Part shown: positions 14,671 through 30,719 of the stretch, one piece after another
Numbering within the stretch: the stretch's first letter is position 1
How the letters are laid out: the number at the start of each line of letters is the position of its first letter
Origin: Bugula neritina
Taxonomy: Eukaryota; Animalia; Bryozoa
Direction: 5' to 3'
Assembly (NCBI GenBank): GCA_964035545.1
Contig: CAXIUT010000183.1
Location: 1,178,001 to 1,242,000 of the forward strand
DNA length: 64,000 bases
Made by a program: the position numbers and the translations under genes
Notes under the pieces: model-generated
What the model saw: only the letters and a program-made list of their open reading frames with translations
Databases searched by the model: none
What the model was told of the DNA's origin: nothing

Positions 14671-17600
14671 CAACATACTACAACATATTGAAATACACTG
14701 CAACACATTGAAATACACTGCAACTTATCGAATATATGGAAAACTACTGAAATATACTGTAACGCATTGAAAAAGACTGCAACATACTGAAATATATTGC
14801 GACACATTGCAATATACTGTAATATACTGAAAAATGCTGTATCACACTGAAATATACTGCAATTCGCTGAAATATACTGCAACATACTGAAATACACCGC
14901 AACATCCTACAACATACTAAAATACACTGTAACATTTCGAAATACACTGCAACACATTGAATTATACTTCAACATAACGAAATATATGGTAAACTACTGA
15001 AATATATTTTAACAAATTGAAAAATACTGCAACATACTGAATATACTGTAACACACTGAAGTATACTGCAACATACTGAAATACACTGTAACATACTGAA
15101 ATATACTGCAACATACTGAAATACACTGCTACATACTGAAATATACTGCAACGTACTGCAACATACTGCAGCATACTGAAATACACTGTAACATACTGAA
15201 ATACACTGCAACATACTACCACATATTGAAATACACTGCAACACATTGAAATGTACTGCAACATACCGAAATATATGGTAAACTACTAAAATATACTGTA
15301 ACACATTGAAAAATACTGCAACATACTGAAATATACTGCGACACCTAGCAATATACTGTAACATACTGAAATATGCTCTAGCACACTGAAATACAATGCA
15401 ACTTACTGAAATATACTGCAACATACTGAAATACACTGCAACATCCTACAATATGCTGAAATACACAGTAACATATTGAAATACACTGCAACACTTTGAA
15501 ATATACTGCAACATACCGAAGTATATGGTAAACTACTGCAACATACTACAACATACTGAAATACACTGCAACACATTGAAATATACTGCGACATACCTAA
15601 ATATACGGTAATATACTGAAATATACTGTAACACATTGAAAAATACTGCAACATACTGAAATATACTGTAACACACCGAAATATACTGCAACATACTGAA
15701 ATACACTGTAACATACTGAAATACACTGCTACATACTGAAATATACTGCAACATACTGCAACATACTGAAATACACAGTAACATACTGAAATAAACTGCA
15801 ACATACTACAACATATTGAAATACACTGCAACACATTGAAATATACTGCAACATACCTAAATATACGGTAATATACTGAAATTCACTGTAACGCATTGCA
15901 AAATACTGCAACATACTGAAATTCACTGCGACACACTGAAATACGCTGCAAAATACTACAACATACTGAAATAAACTGTAACATGTTGAAATACACTGCA
16001 ACACATTGAAAAATGCTGCAACATACTGAAATATACTGTAACACACTGAAATATACTGCAACATACTGAAATACACTGTAACATACTGAAATATACTGCA
16101 ACATACTGAAATACACTGCTACATACTGAAATATACCGCAACATACTGCAACATACTGCAATACACTGTAAAATACTGAAATACACTGCAACATACTACT
16201 ACAACATATTGAAATACACTGCAACACATTGAAATACACTGCAACTTACCGAATATATGGTAAACTACTGAAATATACTGTAACGCATTGAAAAGTACTG
16301 CAACATACTGAAATATACTGTAACACACTGAAATATACTGCAACATACTGAAATACACTGTAACATACTGAAATATACTGCAACATACTGAAATACACTG
16401 CTACATACTGAAATATACTGCAACGTACTGCAACATACTGCAGCATACTGAAATACACTGTAACATACTGAAATACACTGCAACATACTACCACATATTG
16501 AAATACACTGCAACACATTGAAATGTACTGCAACATACCGAAATATATGGTAAACTACTAAAATATACTGTAACACATTGAAAAATACTGCAACATACTG
16601 AAATATACTGCGACACCTAGCAATATACTGTAACATACTGAAATATGCTCTAGCACACTGAAATACAATGCAACTTACTGAAATATACTGCAACATACTG
16701 AAATACACTGCAACATCCTACAATATGCTGAAATACACAGTAACATATTGAAATACACTGCAACACTTTGAAATATACTGCAACATACCGAAATATATGG
16801 TAAACTACTGCAACATACTACAACATACTGAAATACACTGCAACACATTGAAATATACTGCGACATACCTAAATATACGGTAATATACTGAAATATACTG
16901 TAACACATTGAAAAATACTGCAACATACTGAAATATACTGTAACACACCGAAATATACTGCAACATACTGAAATACACTGTAACATACTGAAATACACTG
17001 CTACATACTGAAATATACTGCAACATACTGCAACATACTGAAATACACAGTAACATACTGAAATAAACTGCAACATATTACAACATATTGAAATACACTG
17101 CAACACATTGAAATATACTGCAACATACCTAAATATACGGTAATATACTGAAATTCACTGTAACGCATTGCAAAATACTGCAACATACTGAAATTCACTG
17201 CGACACACTGAAATACGCTGCAAAATACTACAACATACTGAAATAAACTGTAACATGTTGAAATACACTGCAACACATTGAAAAATACTGCAACATACTG
17301 AAATATACTGTAACACACTGAAATATACTGCAACATACTGAAATACACTGTAACATACTGAAATATACTGCAACATACTGAAATACACTGCTTCATACTG
17401 AAATATACTGCAACATACTGCAACATACTGCAATACACTGTAAAATACTGAAATACACTGCAACATACTACAACATATTGAAATACACTGCAACACATTG
17501 AAATACACTGCAACTTATCGAATATATGGAAAACTACTGAAATATACTGTAACGCATTGAAAAAGACTGCAACATACTGAAATATATTGCGACACATTGC

Positions 17601-20600
17601 AATATACTGTAATATACTGAAAAATGCTGTATCACACTGAAATATACTGCAATTCGCTGAAATATACTGCAACATACTGAAATACACCGCAACATCCTAC
17701 AACATACTAAAATACACTGTAACATTTCGAAATACACTGCAACACATTGAATTATACTGCAACATAACGAAATATATGGTAAACTACTGAAATATATTTT
17801 AACAAATTGAAAAATACTGCAACATACTGAAATATACTGTAACACACTGAAGTATACTGCAACATACTGAAATACACTGTAACATACTGAAATATACTGC
17901 AACATACTGCAACATACTGAAATACACAGTAACATACTGAAATAAACTGCAAAATACTACAACATATTGAAATACACTGCAACACATTGAAATATACTGC
18001 AACATACCTAAATATACGGTAATATACTGAAATTCACTGTAACGCATTGCAAAATACTGCAACATACTGAAATTCACTGCGACACACTGAAATACGCTGC
18101 AAAATACTACAACATACTGAAATAAACTGTAACATGTTGAAATACACTGCAACACATTGAAAAATACTGCAACATACTGAAATATACTGTAACACACTGA
18201 AATATACTGCAACATACTGAAATACACTGTAACATACTGAAATATACTGCAACATACTGAAATACACTGCTACATACTGAAATATACTGCAACATACTGC
18301 AACATACTGCAATACACTGTAAAATACTGAAATACACTGCAACATACTACAACATATTGAAATACACTGCAACACATTGAAATACACTGCAACTTATCGA
18401 ATATATGGAAAACTACTGAAATATACTGTAACGCATTGAAAAAGACTGCAACATACTGAAATATATTGCGACACATTGCAATATACTGTAATATACTGAA
18501 AAATGCTGTATCACACTGAAATATACTGCAATTCGCTGAAATATACTGCAACATACTGAAATACACCGCAACATCCTACAACATACTAAAATACACTGTA
18601 ACATTTCGAAATACACTGCAACACATTGAATTATACTGCAACATAACGAAATATATGGTAAACTACTGAAATATATTTTAACAAATTGAAAAATACTGCA
18701 ACATACTGAATATACTGTAACACACTGAAGTATACTGCAACATACTGAAATACACTGTAACATACTGAAATATACTGCAACACACTGAAATACACTGCTA
18801 CATACTGAAATATACTGCAACGTACTGCAACATACTGCAGCATACTGAAATACACTGTAACATACTGAAATACACTGCAACATACTACCACATATTGAAA
18901 TACACTGCAACACATTGAAATGTACTGCAACATACCGAAATATATGGTAAACTACTAAAATATACTGTAACACATTGAAAAATACTGCAACATACTGAAA
19001 TATACTGCGACACCTAGCAATATACTGTAACATACTGAAATATGCTCTAGCACACTGAAATACAATGCAACTTACTGAAATATACTGCAACATACTGAAA
19101 TACACTGCAACATCCTACAATATGCTGAAATACACAGTAACATATTGAAATACACTGCAACACTTTGAAATATACTGCAACATACCGAAGTATATGGTAA
19201 ACTACTGCAACATACTACAACATACTGAAATACACTGCAACACATTGAAATATACTGCGACATACCTAAATATACGGTAATATACTGAAATATACTGTAA
19301 CACATTGAAAAATACTGCAACATACTGAAATATACTGTAACACACCGAAATATACTGCAACATACTGAAATACACTGTAACATACTGAAATACACTGCTA
19401 CATACTGAAATATACTGCAACATACTGCAACATACTGAAATACACAGTAACATACTGAAATAAACTGCAACATACTACAACATATTGAAATACACTGCAA
19501 CACATTGAAATATACTGCAACATACCTAAATATACGGTAATATACTGAAATTCACTGTAACGCATTGCAAAATACTGCAACATACTGAAATTCACTGCGA
19601 CACACTGAAATACGCTGCAAAATACTACAACATACTGAAATAAACTGTAACATGTTGAAATACACTGCAACACATTGAAAAATACTGCAACATACTGAAA
19701 TATACTGTAACACACTGAAATATACTGCAACATACTGAAATACACTGTAACATACTGAAATATACTGCAACATACTGAAATACACTGCTACATACTGAAA
19801 TATACCGCAACATACTGCAACATACTGCAATACACTGTAAAATACTGAAATACACTGCAACATACTACTACAACATATTGAAATACACTGCAACACATTG
19901 AAATACACTGCAACTTACCGAATATATGGTAAACTACTGAAATATACTGTAACGCATTGAAAAGTACTGCAACATACTGAAATATACTGTAACACACTGA
20001 AATATACTGCAACATACTGAAATACACTGTAACATACTGAAATATACTGCAACATACTGAAATACACTGCTACATACTGAAATATACTGCAACGTACTGC
20101 AACATACTGCAGCATACTGAAATACACTGTAACATACTGAAATACACTGCAACATACTACCACATATTGAAATACACTGCAACACATTGAAATGTACTGC
20201 AACATACCGAAATATATGGTAAACTACTAAAATATACTGTAACACATTGAAAAATACTGCAACATACTGAAATATACTGCGACACCTAGCAATATACTGT
20301 AACATACTGAAATATGCTCTAGCACACTGAAATACAATGCAACTTACTGAAATATACTGCAACATACTGAAATACACTGCAACATCCTACAATATGCTGA
20401 AATACACAGTAACATATTGAAATACACTGCAACACTTTGAAATATACTGCAACATACCGAAATATATGGTAAACTACTGCAACATACTACAACATACTGA
20501 AATACACTGCAACACATTGAAATATACTGCGACATACCTAAATATACGGTAATATACTGAAATATACTGTAACACATTGAAAAATACTGCAACATACTGA

Positions 20601-23600
20601 AATATACTGTAACACACCGAAATATACTGCAACATACTGAAATACACTGTAACATACTGAAATACACTGCTACATACTGAAATATACTGCAACATACTGC
20701 AACATACTGAAATACACAGTAACATACTGAAATAAACTGCAACATACTACAACATATTGAAATACACTGCAACACATTGAAATATACTGCAACATACCTA
20801 AATATACGGTAATATACTGAAATTCACTGTAACGCATTGCAAAATACTGCAACATACTGAAATTCACTGCGACACACTGAAATACGCTGCAAAATACTAC
20901 AACATACTGAAATAAACTGTAACATGTTGAAATACACTGCAACACATTGAAAAATACTGCAACATACTGAAATATACTGTAACACACTGAAATATACTGC
21001 AACATACTGAAATACACTGCAACATCCTACAATATGCTGAAATACACAGTAACATATTGAAATACACTGCAACACTTTGAAATATACTGCAACATACCGA
21101 AATATATGGTAAACTACTGCAACATACTACAACATACTGAAATACACTGCAACACATTGAAATATACTGCGACATACCTAAATATACGGTAATATACTGA
21201 AATATACTGTAACACATTGAAAAATACTGCAACATACTGAAATATACTGTAACACACCGAAATATACTGCAACATACTGAAATACACTGTAACATACTGA
21301 AATACACTGCTACATACTGAAATATACTGCAACATACTGCAACATACTGAAATACACAGTAACATACTGAAATAAACTGCAACATACTACAACATATTGA
21401 AATACACTGCAACACATTGAAATATACTGCAACATACCTAAATATACGGTAATATACTGAAATTCACTGTAACGCATTGCAAAATACTGCAACATACTGA
21501 AATTCACTGCGACACACTGAAATACGCTGCAAAATACTACAACATACTGAAATAAACTGTAACATGTTGAAATACACTGCAACACATTGAAAAATACTGC
21601 AACATACTGAAATATACTGTAACACACTGAAATATACTGCAACATACTGAAATACACTGTAACATACTGAAATATACTGCAACATACTGAAATACACTGC
21701 TTCATACTGAAATATACTGCAACATACTGCAACATACTGCAATACACTGTAAAATACTGAAATACACTGCAACATACTACAACATATTGAAATACACTGC
21801 AACACATTGAAATACACTGCAACTTATCGAATATATGGAAAACTACTGAAATATACTGTAACGCATTGAAAAAGACTGCAACATACTGAAATATATTGCG
21901 ACACATTGCAATATACTGTAATATACTGAAAAATGCTGTATCACACTGAAATATACTGCAATTCGCTGAAATATACTGCAACATACTGAAATACACCGCA
22001 ACATCCTACAACATACTAAAATACACTGTAACATTTCGAAATACACTGCAACACATTGAATTATACTGCAACATAACGAAATATATGGTAAACTACTGAA
22101 ATATATTTTAACAAATTGAAAAATACTGCAACATACTGAAATATACTGTAACACACTGAAGTATACTGCAACATACTGAAATACACTGTAACATACTGAA
22201 ATATACTGCAACATACTGCAACATACTGAAATACACAGTAACATACTGAAATAAACTGCAAAATACTACAACATATTGAAATACACTGCAACACATTGAA
22301 ATATACTGCAACATACCTAAATATACGGTTATATACTGAAATTCACTGTAACGCATTGCAAAATACTGCAACATACTGAAATTCACTGCGACACACTGAA
22401 ATACGCTGCAAAATACTACAACATACTGAAATAAACTGTAACATGTTGAAATACACTGCAACACATTGAAAAATACTGCAACATACTGAAATATACTGTA
22501 ACACACTGAAATATACTGCAACATACTGAAATACACTGTAACATACTGAAATATACTGCAACATACTGAAATACACTGCTACATACTGAAATATACTGCA
22601 ACATACTGCAACATACTGCAATACACTGTAAAATACTGAAATACACTGCAACATACTACAACATATTGAAATACACTGCAACACATTGAAATACACTGCA
22701 ACTTATCGAATATATGGAAAACTACTGAAATATACTGTAACGCATTGAAAAAGACTGCAACATACTGAAATATATTGCGACACATTGCAATATACTGTAA
22801 TATACTGAAAAATGCTGTATCACACTGAAATATACTGCAATTCGCTGAAATATACTGCAACATACTGAAATACACCGCAACATCCTACAACATACTAAAA
22901 TACACTGTAACATTTCGAAATACACTGCAACACATTGAATTATACTGCAACATAACGAAATATATGGTAAACTACTGAAATATATTTTAACAAATTGAAA
23001 AATACTGCAACATACTGAATATACTGTAACACACTGAAGTATACTGCAACATACTGAAATACACTGTAACATACTGAAATATACTGCAACATACTGAAAT
23101 ACACTGCTACATACTGAAATATACTGCAACGTACTGCAACATACTGCAGCATACTGAAATACACTGTAACATACTGAAATACACTGCAACATACTACCAC
23201 ATATTGAAATACACTGCAACACATTGAAATGTACTGCAACATACCGAAATATATGGTAAACTACTAAAATATACTGTAACACATTGAAAAATACTGCAAC
23301 ATACTGAAATATACTGCGACACCTAGCAATATACTGTAACATACTGAAATATGCTCTAGCACACTGAAATACAATGCAACTTACTGAAATATACTGCAAC
23401 ATACTGAAATACACTGCAACATCCTACAATATGCTGAAATACACAGTAACATATTGAAATACACTGCAACACTTTGAAATATACTGCAACATACCGAAGT
23501 ATATGGTAAACTACTGCAACATACTACAACATACTGAAATACACTGCAACACATTGAAATATACTGCGACATACCTAAATATACGGTAATATACTGAAAT

Positions 23601-25870
23601 ATACTGTAACACATTGAAAAATACTGCAACATACTGAAATATACTGTAACACACCGAAATATACTGCAACATACTGAAATACACTGTAACATACTGAAAT
23701 ACACTGCTACATACTGAAATATACTGCAACATACTGCAACATACTGAAATACACAGTAACATACTGAAATAAACTGCAACATACTACAACATATTGAAAT
23801 ACACTGCAACACATTGAAATATACTGCAACATACCTAAATATACGGTAATATACTGAAATTCACTGTAACGCATTGCAAAATACTGCAACATACTGAAAT
23901 TCACTGCGACACACTGAAATACGCTGCAAAATACTACAACATACTGAAATAAACTGTAACATGTTGAAATACACTGCAACACATTGAAAAATACTGCAAC
24001 ATACTGAAATATACTGTAACACACTGAAATATACTGCAACATACTGAAATACACTGTAACATACTGAAATATACTGCAACATACTGAAATACACTGCTAC
24101 ATACTGAAATATACCGCAACATACTGCAACATACTGCAATACACTGTAAAATACTGAAATACACTGCAACATACTACTACAACATATTGAAATACACTGC
24201 AACACATTGAAATACACTGCAACTTACCGAATATATGGTAAACTACTGAAATATACTGTAACGCATTGAAAAGTACTGCAACATACTGAAATATACTGTA
24301 ACACACTGAAATATACTGCAACATACTGAAATACACTGTAACATACTGAAATATACTGCAACATACTGAAATACACTGCTACATACTGAAATATACTGCA
24401 ACGTACTGCAACATACTGCAGCATACTGAAATACACTGTAACATACTGAAATACACTGCAACATACTACCACATATTGAAATACACTGCAACACATTGAA
24501 ATGTACTGCAACATACCGAAATATATGGTAAACTACTAAAATATACTGTAACACATTGAAAAATACTGCAACATACTGAAATATACTGCGACACCTAGCA
24601 ATATACTGTAACATACTGAAATATGCTCTAGCACACTGAAATACAATGCAACTTACTGAAATATACTGCAACATACTGAAATACACTGCAACATCCTACA
24701 ATATGCTGAAATACACAGTAACATATTGAAATACACTGCAACACTTTGAAATATACTGCAACATACCGAAATATATGGTAAACTACTGCAACATACTACA
24801 ACATACTGAAATACACTGCAACACATTGAAATATACTGCGACATACCTAAATATACGGTAATATACTGAAATATACTGTAACACATTGAAAAATACTGCA
24901 ACATACTGAAATATACTGTAACACACCGAAATATACTGCAACATACTGAAATACACTGTAACATACTGAAATACACTGCTACATACTGAAATATACTGCA
25001 ACATACTGCAACATACTGAAATACACAGTAACATACTGAAATAAACTGCAACATACTACAACATATTGAAATACACTGCAACACATTGAAATATACTGCA
25101 ACATACCTAAATATACGGTAATATACTGAAATTCACTGTAACGCATTGCAAAATACTGCAACATACTGAAATTCACTGCGACACACTGAAATACGCTGCA
25201 AAATACTACAACATACTGAAATAAACTGTAACATGTTGAAATACACTGCAACACATTGAAAAATACTGCAACATACTGAAATATACTGTAACACACTGAA
25301 ATATACTGCAACATACTGAAATACACTGTAACATACTGAAATATACTGCAACATACTGAAATACACTGCTTCATACTGAAATATACTGCAACATACTGCA
25401 ACATACTGCAATACACTGTAAAATACTGAAATACACTGCAACATACTACAACATATTGAAATACACTGCAACACATTGAAATACACTGCAACTTATCGAA
25501 TATATGGAAAACTACTGAAATATACTGTAACGCATTGAAAAAGACTGCAACATACTGAAATATATTGCGACACATTGCAGTATACTGTAATATACTGAAA
25601 AATGCTGTATCACACTGAAATATACTGCAATTCGCTGAAATATACTGCAACATACTGAAATACACCGCAACATCCTACAACATACTAAAATACACTGTAA
25701 CATTTCGAAATACACTGCAACACATTGAATTATACTGCAACATAACGAAATATATGGTAAACTACTGAAATATATTTTAACAAATTGAAAAATACTGCAA
25801 CATACTGAAATATACTGTAACACACTGAAGTATACTGCAACATACTGAAATACACTGTAACATACTGAAA
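14365..25870. repeat. 3669-bp higher-order variant (1518 + 1272 + 879), about 3 copies, one carrying an extra 640-bp duplication
   Basis: Landmarks 14365/18034/22343 and 15403/19072/23381 give spacings of 3669 and 4309 (3669 + 640). Boundaries are approximate. Confidence 0.8.
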
Positions 25871-28800
25871 TATACTGCAACATACTGAAATACACTGCTA
25901 CATACTGAAATATACTGCAACGTACTGCAACATACTGCAGCATACTGAAATACACTGTAACATACTGAAATACACTGCTACATACTGAAATATACTGCAA
26001 CATACTGCAACATACTGAAATACACAGTAACATACTGAAATAAACTGCAACATACTACAACATATTGAAATACACTGCAACACATTGAAATATACTGCAA
26101 CATACCTAAATATACGGTAATATACTGAAATTCACTGTAACGCATTGCAAAATACTGCAACATACTGAAATTCACTGCGACACACTGAAATACGCTGCAA
26201 AATACTACAACATACTGAAATAAACTGTAACATGTTGAAATACACTGCAACACATTGAAAAATACTGCAACATACTGAAATATACTGTAACACACTGAAA
26301 TATACTGCAACATACTGAAATACACTGTAACATACTGAAATATACTGCAACATACTGAAATACACTGCTTCATACTGAAATATACTGCAACATACTGCAA
26401 CATACTGCAATACACTGTAAAATACTGAAATACACTGCAACATACTACAACATATTGAAATACACTGCAACACATTGAAATACACTGCAACTTATCGAAT
26501 ATATGGAAAACTACTGAAATATACTGTAACGCATTGAAAAAGACTGCAACATACTGAAATATATTGCGACACATTGCAATATACTGTAACATACTGAAAT
26601 ATGCTCTAGCACACTGAAATATACTGCAATTCGCTGAAATATACTGCAACATACTGAAATACACCGCAACATCCTACAACATACTAAAATACACTGTAAC
26701 ATTTCGAAATACACTGCAACACAATGAATTATACTGCAACATAACGAAATATATGGTAAACTACTGAAATATATTTTAACAAATTGAAAAATACTGCAAC
26801 ATACTGAAATATACTGTAACACACTGAAGTATACTGCAACATACTGAAATACACTGTAACATACTGAAATATACTGCAACATACTGAAATACACTGCTAC
26901 ATACTGAAATATACTGCAACGTACTGCAACATACTGCAGCATACTGAAATACACTGTAACATACTGAAATACACTGCAACATACTACCACATATTGAAAT
27001 ACACTGCAACACATTGAAATGTACTGCAACATACCGAAATATATGGAAAACTACTGAAATATACTGTAACGCATTGAAAAAGACTGCAACATACTGAAAT
27101 ATATTGCGACACATTGCAATATACTGTAATATACTGAAAAATGCTGTATCACACTGAAATATACTGCAATTCGCTGAAATATACTGCAACATACTGAAAT
27201 ACACCGCAACATCCTACAACATACTAAAATACACTGTAACATTTCGAAATACACTGCAACACATTGAATTATACTGCAACATAACGAAATATATGGTAAA
27301 CTACTGAAATATATTTTAACAAATTGAAAAATACTGCAACATACTGAATATACTGTAACACACTGAAGTATACTGCAACATACTGAAATACACTGTAACA
27401 TACTGAAATATACTGCAACATACTGAAATACACTGCTACATACTGAAATATACTGCAACGTACTGCAACATACTGCAGCATACTGAAATACACTGTAACA
27501 TACTGAAATACACTGCAACATACTACCACATATTGAAATACACTGCAACACATTGAAATGTACTGCAACATACCGAAATATATGGTAAACTACTAAAATA
27601 TACTGTAACACATTGAAAAATACTGCAACATACTGAAATATACTGCGACACCTAGCAATATACTGTAACATACTGAAATATGCTCTAGCACACTGAAATA
27701 CAATGCAACTTACTGAAATATACTGCAACATACTGAAATACACTGCAACATCCTACAATATGCTGAAATACACAGTAACATATTGAAATACACTGCAACA
27801 CTTTGAAATATACTGCAACATACCGAAGTATATGGTAAACTACTGCAACATACTACATTATACTGAAATACACTGCAACACATTGAAATATACTGCGACA
27901 TAACTAAATATACGGTAATATACTGAAATATACTGTAACACATTGAAAAATACTGCAACATACTGAAATATACTGTAACACACCGAAATATACTGCAACA
28001 TACTGAAATACACTGTAACATACTGAAATACACTGCTACATACTGAAATATACTGCAACATACTGCAACATACTGAAATACACAGTAACATACTGAAATA
28101 AACTGCAACATACTACAACATATTGAAATACACTGCAACACATTGAAATATACTGCAACATACCTAAATATACGGTAATATACTGAAATTCACTGTAACG
28201 CATTGCAAAATACTGCAACATACTGAAATTCACTGCGACACACTGAAATACGCTGCAAAATACTACAACATACTGAAATAAACTGTAACATGTTGAAATA
28301 CACTGCAACACATTGAAAAATACTGCAACATACTGAAATATACTGTAACACACTGAAATATACTGCAACATACTGAAATACACTGTAACATACTGAAATA
28401 TACTGCAACATACTGAAATACACTGCTACATACTGAAATATACCGCAACATACTGCAACATACTGCAATACACTGTAAAATACTGAAATACACTGCAACA
28501 TACTACTACAACATATTGAAATACACTGCAACACATTGAAATACACTGCAACCTACCGAATATATGGTAAACTACTGAAATATACTGCAACGCATTGAAA
28601 AGTACTGCAACATACTGAAATATACTGCAACATACTGAAATACACTGCTACATACTGAAATATACTGCAACGTACTGCAACATACTGCAGCATACTGAAA
28701 TACACTGTAACATACTGAAATACACTGCAACATACTACCACATATTGAAATACACTGCAACACATTGAAATGTACTGCAACATACCGAAATATATGGTAA

Positions 28801-30719
28801 ACTACTAAAATATACTGTAACACATTGAAAAATACTGCAACATACTGAAATATACTGCGACACCTAGCAATATACTGTAACATACTGAAATATGCTCTAG
28901 CACACTGAAATACAATGCAACTTACTGAAATATACTGCAACATACTGAAATACACTGCAACATCCTACAATATGCTGAAACACACAGTAACATATTGAAA
29001 TACACTGCAACACTTTGAAATATACTGCAACATACCGAAATATATGGTAAACTACTGCAACATACTACAACATACTGAAATACACTGCAACACATTGAAA
29101 TATACTGCGACATACCTAAATATACGGTAATATACTGAAATATACTGCAAAACATTGAAAAACACTGCAACATACTGAAATATACTGTAACACATCGAAA
29201 TATACTGCAACATACTGAAATACACTGCAACATCCTACAATATGCTGAAATACACAGTAACATATTGAAATACACTGCAACACTTTGAAATATACTGCAA
29301 CATACCGAAGTATATGGTAAACTACTGCAACATACTACAACATACTGAAATACACTGCAACACATTGAAATATACTGCGACATACCTAAATATACAGTAA
29401 TATACTGAAATATACTGTAACACATTGAAAAATACTGCAACATACTGAAATATACTGTAACACACCGAAATATACTGCAACATACTGAAATACACTGTAA
29501 CATACTGAAATACACTGCTACATACTGAAATATACTGCAACATACTGCAACATACTGAAATACACAGTAACATACTGAAATAAACTGCAACATACTACAA
29601 CATATTGAAATACACTGCAACACATTGAAATATACTGCAACATACCTAAATATACGGTAATATACTGAAATTCACTGTAACGCATTGCAAAATACTGCAA
29701 CATACTGAAATTCACTGCGACACACTGAAATACGCTGCAAAATACTACAACATACTGAAATAAACTGTAACATGTTGAAATACACTGCAACACATTGAAA
29801 AATACTGCAACATACTGAAATATACTGTAACACACTGAAATATACTGCAACATACTGAAATACACTGTAACATACTGAAATATACTGCAACATACTGAAA
29901 TACACTGCTACATACTGAAATATACCGCAACATACTGCAACATACTGCAATACACTGTAAAATACTGAAATACACTGCAACATACTACTACAACATATTG
30001 AAATACACTGCAACACATTGAAATACACTGCAACTTACCGAATATATGGTAAACTACTGAAATATACTGTAACGCATTGAAAAGTACTGCAACATACTGA
30101 AATATACTGTAACACACTGAAATATACTGCAACATACTGAAATACACTGTAACATACTGAAATATACTGCAACATACTGAAATACACTGCTACATACTGA
30201 AATATACTGCAACGTACTGCAACATACTGCAGCATACTGAAATACACTGTAACATACTGAAATACACTGCAACATACTACCACATATTGAAATACACTGC
30301 AACACTTTGAAATGTACTGCAACATACCGAAATATATGGTAAACTACTAAAATATACTGTAACACATTGAAAAATACTGCAACATACTGAAATATACTGC
30401 GACACCTAGCAATATACTGTAACATACTGAAATATGCTCTAGCACACTGAAATACAATGCAACTTACTGAAATATACTGCAACATACTGAAATACACTGC
30501 AACATCCTACAATATGCTGAAATACACAGTAACATATTGAAATACACTGCAACACTTTGAAATATACTGCAACATACCGAAATATATGGTAAACTACTGC
30601 AACATACTACAACATACTGAAATACACTGCAACACATTGAAATATACTGCGACATACCTAAATATACGGTAATATACTGAAATATACTGTAACACATTGA
30701 AAAATACTGCAACATACTG

